64,000 nucleotides of DNA from Mustelus asterias (taxonomy: Eukaryota): contig NW_027590338.1 in assembly GCF_964213995.1 (NCBI RefSeq), positions 372,001-436,000 of the forward strand, written 5' to 3'. Positions 60,817 through 64,000 of this stretch are shown here, one piece after another; the first letter of the stretch is position 1, and each line of letters opens with the position of its first letter. The notes under the pieces were generated by a model that saw nothing but the letters and a program-made list of their open reading frames with translations, was not told the DNA's origin and made no database searches. The position numbers and the translations under genes are program-made.

Positions 60817-61212
60817 ATGGCCGAGGAATGCATAACTGCCAGCGGTGTCATGGATGTTAACACTGCACTTCAGGAAGTGCTTAAAACTGCATACATCCAC
60901 GATGGCTTGTGTTGTGGTCTCCGGGAAGCTGTCAAGGTGCTGGACAAACGACAGGCTCATTTGTGTGTCCTGGCAGGCAATTGTGATGAGGCACAGTATG
61001 TTAAGTTGGTAGAAGCCCTCTGTGCTGAGCATCAGATCAACCTGATTAAGGTTGATGACAACAAGAAACTTGGTGAATGGGTAGGCCTGTGCAAAATAGA
61101 CCGAGAAGGGAAACCTCGCAAGGTTGTAGGCTGCAGCTGTGTTGTTGTCAAGGATTATGGCAAAGACTCACAAGCCAAAGATGTCATTGACAACTATTTC
61201 CGAGGAAAGTGA
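60817..61212 (+). CDS. RPS12: 40S ribosomal protein S12 (eS12), intronless retrocopy with intact ORF
   Basis: 131 aa, [67 protein letters not shown]. No introns; AATAAA at 61224-61229; A-rich tail at 61230-61249. Confidence 0.93.
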   Translation: MAEECITASGVMDVNTALQEVLKTAYIHDGLCCGLREAVKVLDKRQAHLCVLAGNCDEAQYVKLVEALCAEHQINLIKVDDNKKLGEWVGLCKIDREGKPRKVVGCSCVVVKDYGKDSQAKDVIDNYFRGK

Positions 61213-61489
61213 TACATTTCATAAATAAAAACAAAAACTAAAAAAAAAAGAAACGGCTTATTCTGGAGGGTAATGCAGGCGGTGGGGTGGATGGGGGGGG
61301 GGCTTCGTAAGCACCCAGTGGAGACAGGAGAACCCGAATAATAACTGCTCAGTGCCGCGTTCCTACCATTCGGGGCCGCGACCGCAGATGCCGAGTTGGA
61401 GGCTCCGAGTTGACGGAGACCATCTTTCTCGGGGAGATGGGCAATAGTGCGCATGCGCGGTGCTCCCTGTCAGCAGGAGGAGAGAATGT

Positions 61490-61790
61490 TGTGAATTTCT
61501 ATCCGGGACTGACAGGGATGGACTTTGGAAACTCCTTTTACAGGGAGTTAGAAGGGGAGGATTTACACACAGAAAACTCAAACCAAGAGAAATGTTTCTC
61601 GCTTAATTTCTATTCTTGACTGACAGTGATGATCTTTTTTTTACAGGAAATTTGATGACAAAATTTAAAGGGAAACTCAAACCAGACATCAGATCAAAAC
61701 CTGACAGAATCACTCCATTCATCAGAACCTGATTGTCAGTGTGTCTGTAGAAAAAGATTCAAGCATCTGTGTGACTGGAAATAGGGAACA
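61490..61790 (+). pseudogene. Relic ZNF-family intron end and start of exon 2 (duplicated acceptor, truncated)
   Basis: AACTCCTTTTACAG ending at about 61543 and TTTTTACAG ending at about 61646; leader fragment AAGATTCAAGCATCTGTGTGACTGGAAA. Confidence 0.65.
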
Positions 61791-62222
61791 ATAATGTCAT
61801 GGAAGGATTTGCAAAAAAAGGATGCAATTTTAAAAATTGAGTTGTTTAACCGGGAGCCTGTGTGGGTCAGTGTTTTAAAGTTTATTTATTAGTGTCGCAA
61901 GTAGGCTTAGCTTACATTAACGCTACAATGAAATTGCTGTAAAATTCCCCTAGTTGCCACACTCCGGCGCTTGTTCGGGTCAATGCACCTAACCAGCAAG
62001 CCTTTCTGACTGGAAGGAAACCCATGCAGACATGGGGAGAATGTGCAGACTCCACACAGACAGTCACCCAAGCCATGAATTGAACCCTGGTCCCAAGCAC
62101 TATGAGGCAACAGTGCAGCCCCATGGTGAAGACATGGTGATGGGTAAGTGTGTGGGACTTGATGCAGAGGACAGGGGTTTACATACACCAAAGTTTTTCA
62201 TGGGTTAAATGAGGGACGCTGA

Positions 62223-64000
62223 CATAGAACATAGAACATTACAGCGCAGTATAGGCCCTTCAGCCCTCGATGTTGCGCCGACCAGTGAAACCAATCTAAA
62301 TCCCATCTAACCTGCACTATTCCAATATCATCCATTTGTTTATCCAATGACCATTTAAATGACCTTAATGTTGGCGAGTCCACTACTGCTGCAGGCAGGG
62401 CATTCCACGCCCTTGCTACTCTCTGAGTGAAGAACCTATCTCTGACATCTGTCCTATATCTATCACCCCTCAATTTAAAGCTATGTCCCCTCACGCTAGC
62501 TGTCACCATCGGAGGAAAAAGGCTCTCACTATCCACCCTATCTAATCCTCTGATCATCTTGTATGCCTCTATTAAGTCACCTCTTAACCTTCTTCTCTCT
62601 AATGAAAACAACCTCAAGTCCCTTAGCCTTTCCTCATAAGACCTTCCCACCATACCAGGCAACATCCAAGCAAATCTCCCCTGCACCCTTTCCAATGCTT
62701 CCACATCCTTCTTATAATGCGGTGATCAGAACTGTACACAATACTCCAAGTGCGGCCGCACCAGAGTTTTGTACAGCTGCAACATGACATCATGGCCCCG
62801 AAACTCAATCCCTCTACCAATAAAAGCTAACACACCGTACGCCTTCTTAACAACCCTATCAACCTGGGTGCCAACTTTCAGGGATCTATGCACATGGACA
62901 CAGAGATCTCTGTTCATCCACACTACCAAGTATCTTACCATTAACCCAGTACGCTGTAATCCTGTTACTCCTTTCAAAGTGAATCACCTCACACTTTTCC
63001 GCATTGAACTCCATTTGCCACCTCTCAGTCCAGCACTGCAGCTTATCTATGTCCCTCTGTAACCTGCAACAACCTTCCGCACTGTCCACAACTCCACCGA
63101 CTTTAGTGTCATCCGCAAATTTACTAACCCATTCTTCTACGCCCTCATCCAGGTCATTTATGAAAATAACAAACAGCAGTGGCCCCAAAACAGATCCTTG
63201 CGGTACACCATTAGTAACTGACCTCCAGGATGAACATTTCCCATCAACCACCACCCTCTGTCTTCTTACAGCTAGCCATTGCCTGATCCAAACCACTAAA
63301 TCACCCTCAATCCCATGCCTCTGTATATTCTGCAATAGCTTACCGTGGGGAACCTTATTAGACGCTTTACTGAAATCCATGTACACCACATCAACTGCTT
63401 TACCCTCATCCACCTCTTTGGTCACCTTCTCAAAGAACTCAATAAGGTTTGTGAGGCACGACCTACCCTTCACAAAACCGTGTTGACTATCCCTAATCAA
63501 ATTATTCCTTTCTAGATGATTATAAATCCTATCTCTTATAATCCTTTCCAAAACTTTGCCCACAACAGAAGTAAAGCTCACTGGTCTATAATTACCAGGG
63601 TTGTCCCTACTCCCCTTCTTGAACAAGGGGACAACATTTGCGATCCTCCAGTCTTCTGGCACTATTCTTGTAGACAATGACGACACAAAGATCAAAGCCA
63701 AAGGCTCTGCAATCTCCTCCCTAGCCTCCCAGAGCATCCTGGGATAAATCCCATCTGGTCCAGGGGACTTATCTATTTTCACACTTTCCAGAATTGCAAA
63801 CACCTCCTCCTTATGAACCTCAATCCTGTCTAGTCCAATAGCCTGTATCTCAGTATTCTCCTCGACAACATTGTCTTTTTCCTGCGTGAATACTGACGAA
63901 AAATATTCATTTAGCGCCTCTCCTATCTCTTCAGGCTCCACGCACAACTTCCCACTACTGTCCTTGACTGGCCCTAATCTTACCCGAGTCATTCGTTTAT
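62223..64000 (-). mobile_element. CR1 LINE, frameshifted, running off the window end
   Basis: ORFs 62886-63992, 62726-62977 and 62198-62704 tile the RT and C-terminus; (TTCTATG)n tail. Confidence 0.93.

Overview
Vertebrate genomic DNA, almost certainly from a cartilaginous fish (shark). This is inferred from the shark-type IgH transmembrane exons, tRNA-headed V-type SINEs sharing tails with CR1-type LINEs, and Penelope-derived mini-elements. The window opens in the last intron of an immunoglobulin heavy-chain gene: TM1/TM2 exons, a poly(A) signal and a downstream CTCF-like site, all missed by the ORF track. The rest is a repeat-dense cluster of two-exon, effector-less C2H2 zinc-finger genes and pseudogenes (about 10 units, 4 apparently intact). 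They are built on one stereotyped cassette: CpG-island promoter (often bidirectional), conserved intron end, a 5' leader of dead fingers, usually an MEKPWKC start, and a conserved 3' UTR. Interspersed are many 5'-truncated CR1 LINEs, SINEs, hammerhead-bearing Penelope relics, minisatellites, a truncated Gypsy-type LTR element abutting a ZNF array, and an intact intronless RPS12 retrocopy behind a CpG promoter. Most notable: (i) a 440-bp structured cassette carried in a CR1 3' UTR; (ii) an LTR element whose primer-binding-site position is a 15-nt perfect complement of its own poly(A)-signal region rather than a tRNA; (iii) a Gag-Pro/ZNF near-fusion; (iv) a relic V-(D)-J-like cassette with RSS remnants; (v) the RPS12 retrogene; (vi) locally templated DNA captures at retroelement junctions. 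All calls were made by eye; repeat boundaries are approximate unless exact motifs are quoted.
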